Part shown: positions 9,279 to 11,150 of the stretch, in pieces
How the letters are laid out: every line of letters begins with the position of its first letter
Numbering within the stretch: position 1 is the stretch's first letter
Source of the DNA: Archangiaceae bacterium
Lineage (GTDB): Bacteria; Myxococcota; Myxococcia; Myxococcales; Myxococcaceae
Reading direction: 5' to 3'
Assembly (NCBI GenBank): GCA_043750125.1
Contig: JAYVCD010000115.1
Coordinates: 1-11,150 of the forward strand
Length of the DNA stretch: 11,150 bases
Notes under the pieces: model-generated
The model's input: only the letters and a program-made list of their open reading frames with translations
Told to the model about the DNA's origin: nothing
Database searches by the model: none
Translations under genes and position numbers: made by a program

Positions 9279-9859
9279 ACCGCGATCGCCGCGAGAAACA
9301 GCCCGAACACCCGCTGCATGATCGCAATCCCCGATTGGCCCAGCGCCCGCTTGACGTGATGCGCGGCGCGCAGCAACAGCCAGGTCGCGACGAAGGTAAT
9401 CACCACCGAGGCGATCACCGCTGCGCCGTTGGCGGGGCTGCCATTGCCATTCGACATCAGCACCATCACGGTCGCGATGCTGCCCGGGCCCGCGAGCAGG
9501 GGGATCGCCAACGGAACGATCGCGATGTCGTCCTTCTCGGCGCCTTCCTTCGTCTCGGCATCTGACGTCTTCGTCGCCGAGGGCCGCGCGCGCACCATGT
9601 CGAGCGCGGTCAACATCAGCAGCAGACCTCCGGCGACGCGAAAAGCGGGAAGGGTGACTCCGAAGAGCTTGAAGATGAAGGCGCCGAAGAGCGCGAAGAC
9701 GATCAGCAGCAGCCCGCCGGTGATGCTCGCCTTGAGCGCCATCACCCGCGCCTTCTCTTTCGAGTCGTGCGCGGTCATCGCGAGGAACAGCGGAACCACT
9801 CCGATCGGGTCGACGACGAAGAAGACCACGGGCAGCGCGAGGGCCAGCTGGTTCAGCAT
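9233..9859 (-). CDS. MarC-family (UPF0056) inner membrane protein
   Basis: 208 aa with about six hydrophobic segments and family motifs [33 protein letters not shown] and [14 protein letters not shown]. Confidence 0.93.
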   Translation of the reverse strand: MLNQLALALPVVFFVVDPIGVVPLFLAMTAHDSKEKARVMALKASITGGLLLIVFALFGAFIFKLFGVTLPAFRVAGGLLLMLTALDMVRARPSATKTSDAETKEGAEKDDIAIVPLAIPLLAGPGSIATVMVLMSNGNGSPANGAAVIASVVITFVATWLLLRAAHHVKRALGQSGIAIMQRVFGLFLAAIAVQFVVDGGRELLMKA

Positions 9860-9863
9860 CGGC

Positions 9864-10568
9864 TCACACCGACAGCTTCAGCTTCCACACCATCGTCAAG
9901 GCTTCGAGGAAGATCTTCCGGCTCATCTTCGATTGTCCGACCCGGCGGTCTTCGAAGACGATCGGCACTTCCTTGATCTTGAAGCCCGCCTTGAGCGCCC
10001 GGTAGGTCAGCTCGATTTGAAAGGCGTAGCCCGAGCTCTTCACCGCTCCGAGGTCGATCGCCTCGAGCACCGCGCGCCGGAAGCATTTGAAGCCCCCGGT
10101 CAGATCGCGAATCTTCACTCCGAGAATGGAACGCGCGTACAGCGAGCCTCCCCGCGAAATCGCTCGGCGGGCCGGGCCCCAGTTCAAGGTGCCCCCGCCG
10201 TCGACGTACCGCGAGCCGAGCACGAGATCGGTGCCCGCCACCGCCTCGTCCAGCAACACCTTCAGGTAGCGCGGATCATGCGAGAAATCGGCGTCCATCT
10301 CGAGCACGTAGGGGTAACCCTCGTCGAGGGCCCAGCGGAATGCGTGAAGGTAGGCCTTGCCCAGCCCTTCCTTCTTCTTCCGATGCAGCACGCGAATGCG
10401 GGGCTCCTTGAGCGCGAGGGCGTCGGCCAGCTCTCCGGTTCCATCTGGGCTGCTGTCGTCGACGACCAGAATGTCGACCCGGGCTTCGGCCGCGAGGACG
10501 GCAGACGTGATCGGCTCGAGATTCTCGGCCTCGTTGTACGTAGGAATGATGACGAGGGCGATGTTCAC
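9864..10568 (-). CDS. Polyprenol-monophosphomannose synthase-like GT2 glycosyltransferase (DPM1/Ppm1-like)
   Basis: Motifs IIPTYNEAENL, VVDDSSPDGT, GLGKAY, EMDADFSHDP, DLVLGSRY, DLTGGFKCFRR, GYAFQIE and FEDRRVGQSKMS. GTG start, 234 aa, no transmembrane tail. The sugar specificity is inferred, not shown. Confidence 0.9.
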   Translation of the reverse strand: MNIALVIIPTYNEAENLEPITSAVLAAEARVDILVVDDSSPDGTGELADALALKEPRIRVLHRKKKEGLGKAYLHAFRWALDEGYPYVLEMDADFSHDPRYLKVLLDEAVAGTDLVLGSRYVDGGGTLNWGPARRAISRGGSLYARSILGVKIRDLTGGFKCFRRAVLEAIDLGAVKSSGYAFQIELTYRALKAGFKIKEVPIVFEDRRVGQSKMSRKIFLEALTMVWKLKLSV

Positions 10569-10610
10569 GACGCGGCGCGTTTAGTCCACCCCGCAGTTGA
10601 ACGCGAACCT

Positions 10611-11150
10611 TTACCGATGGGTGACGAGCTGGAGCACCGCCTCGGCCACGCGCCTGGCAGCCCCGGGGGGCCCCAACATCGCTCGCACTTCATCGAGGCC
10701 CTCGAGCAAGGCTGTCCGTTCCGGGCCTTTCCACAGGGGCTCGAGGGCCGCGACAATCGCCGCCGCGGTCGCCTCGCCCTGCAACAGCTCGGGGACCACT
10801 CGCCGATTGACGAGCAGATTGACCAGGCAGACGAACGGTATTTTCAACATCGACCGGGCCACCAGGTACGTCACCGTCGACACCCGATATACCGCCACGA
10901 ATGGGCGATGCATCAGCGCAGCTTCCAACGTCGCGGTTCCCGACGCGACAACGGAAACGTCGCTGGCCCCCACGGCCTCGGGAGCCAGTCCGTCGACCAG
11001 AATCGGACGCACCCCGCTGCCCTCGAAGGGGCGGCTGACCCACTCGCGCGGCAAGCCTGAAGCAACGGGCACCACCACCTGAAGTCCAGGGTGCAGCTGC
11101 GCCTGCAGGGCTGCCACTTCGACCAGGGTGGGCAAGAGGCGGGTCAGCTC
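10611..11150 (-). CDS. lpxB: Lipid-A-disaccharide synthase, C-terminal part (5' end lies beyond the window)
   Basis: Frame is open to the window edge (ELTRLLPTLV...). GT19 motifs VASGTATLEAALMHRPFVAVY and LVNLLVNRRVVPELLQ; TAA stop at 10611-10613. Confidence 0.93.
   Translation of the reverse strand, partial: ELTRLLPTLVEVAALQAQLHPGLQVVVPVASGLPREWVSRPFEGSGVRPILVDGLAPEAVGASDVSVVASGTATLEAALMHRPFVAVYRVSTVTYLVARSMLKIPFVCLVNLLVNRRVVPELLQGEATAAAIVAALEPLWKGPERTALLEGLDEVRAMLGPPGAARRVAEAVLQLVTHR

Noticed and set aside
9429..11060. 543-aa plus-strand ORF opposite marC, GT2 and lpxB
   Set aside because: It overlaps three well-supported minus-strand genes and has no recognisable protein features.
1..11150. 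CRISPR array, mobile element, prophage, RNA gene or defence system
   Set aside because: No spaced repeats, transposase/integrase, tRNA or rRNA-like sequence seen. Nearly all sequence is explained by eight genes with short gaps.

Overview
GC-rich bacterial chromosomal region, probably from a myxobacterium or relative (inferred from the FHA-TM-TPR membrane protein and the UvrC sequence features). It carries eight densely packed protein-coding genes: an FHA/TM/TPR-like protein (-), then, divergently, cysS, an exported M28/PA-domain peptidase, uvrB and uvrC (+), converging on marC, a DPM1/Ppm1-like GT2 glycosyltransferase and the 3' part of lpxB (-). I see no RNA gene, mobile element, CRISPR array or defence system, and no convincing novel system; this is mostly housekeeping DNA. 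The best leads are regulatory. A TAnACn hexamer recurs 8-10 nt before four start codons that lack a Shine-Dalgarno sequence (possible leaderless or short-leader mRNAs), and a near-match to the Myxococcus-type LexA box sits upstream of uvrBC. Also worth checking are the FHA membrane protein, the lpxB-GT2-marC linkage, a ~23-aa insertion in UvrC and a 46-bp convergent uvrC/marC overlap.
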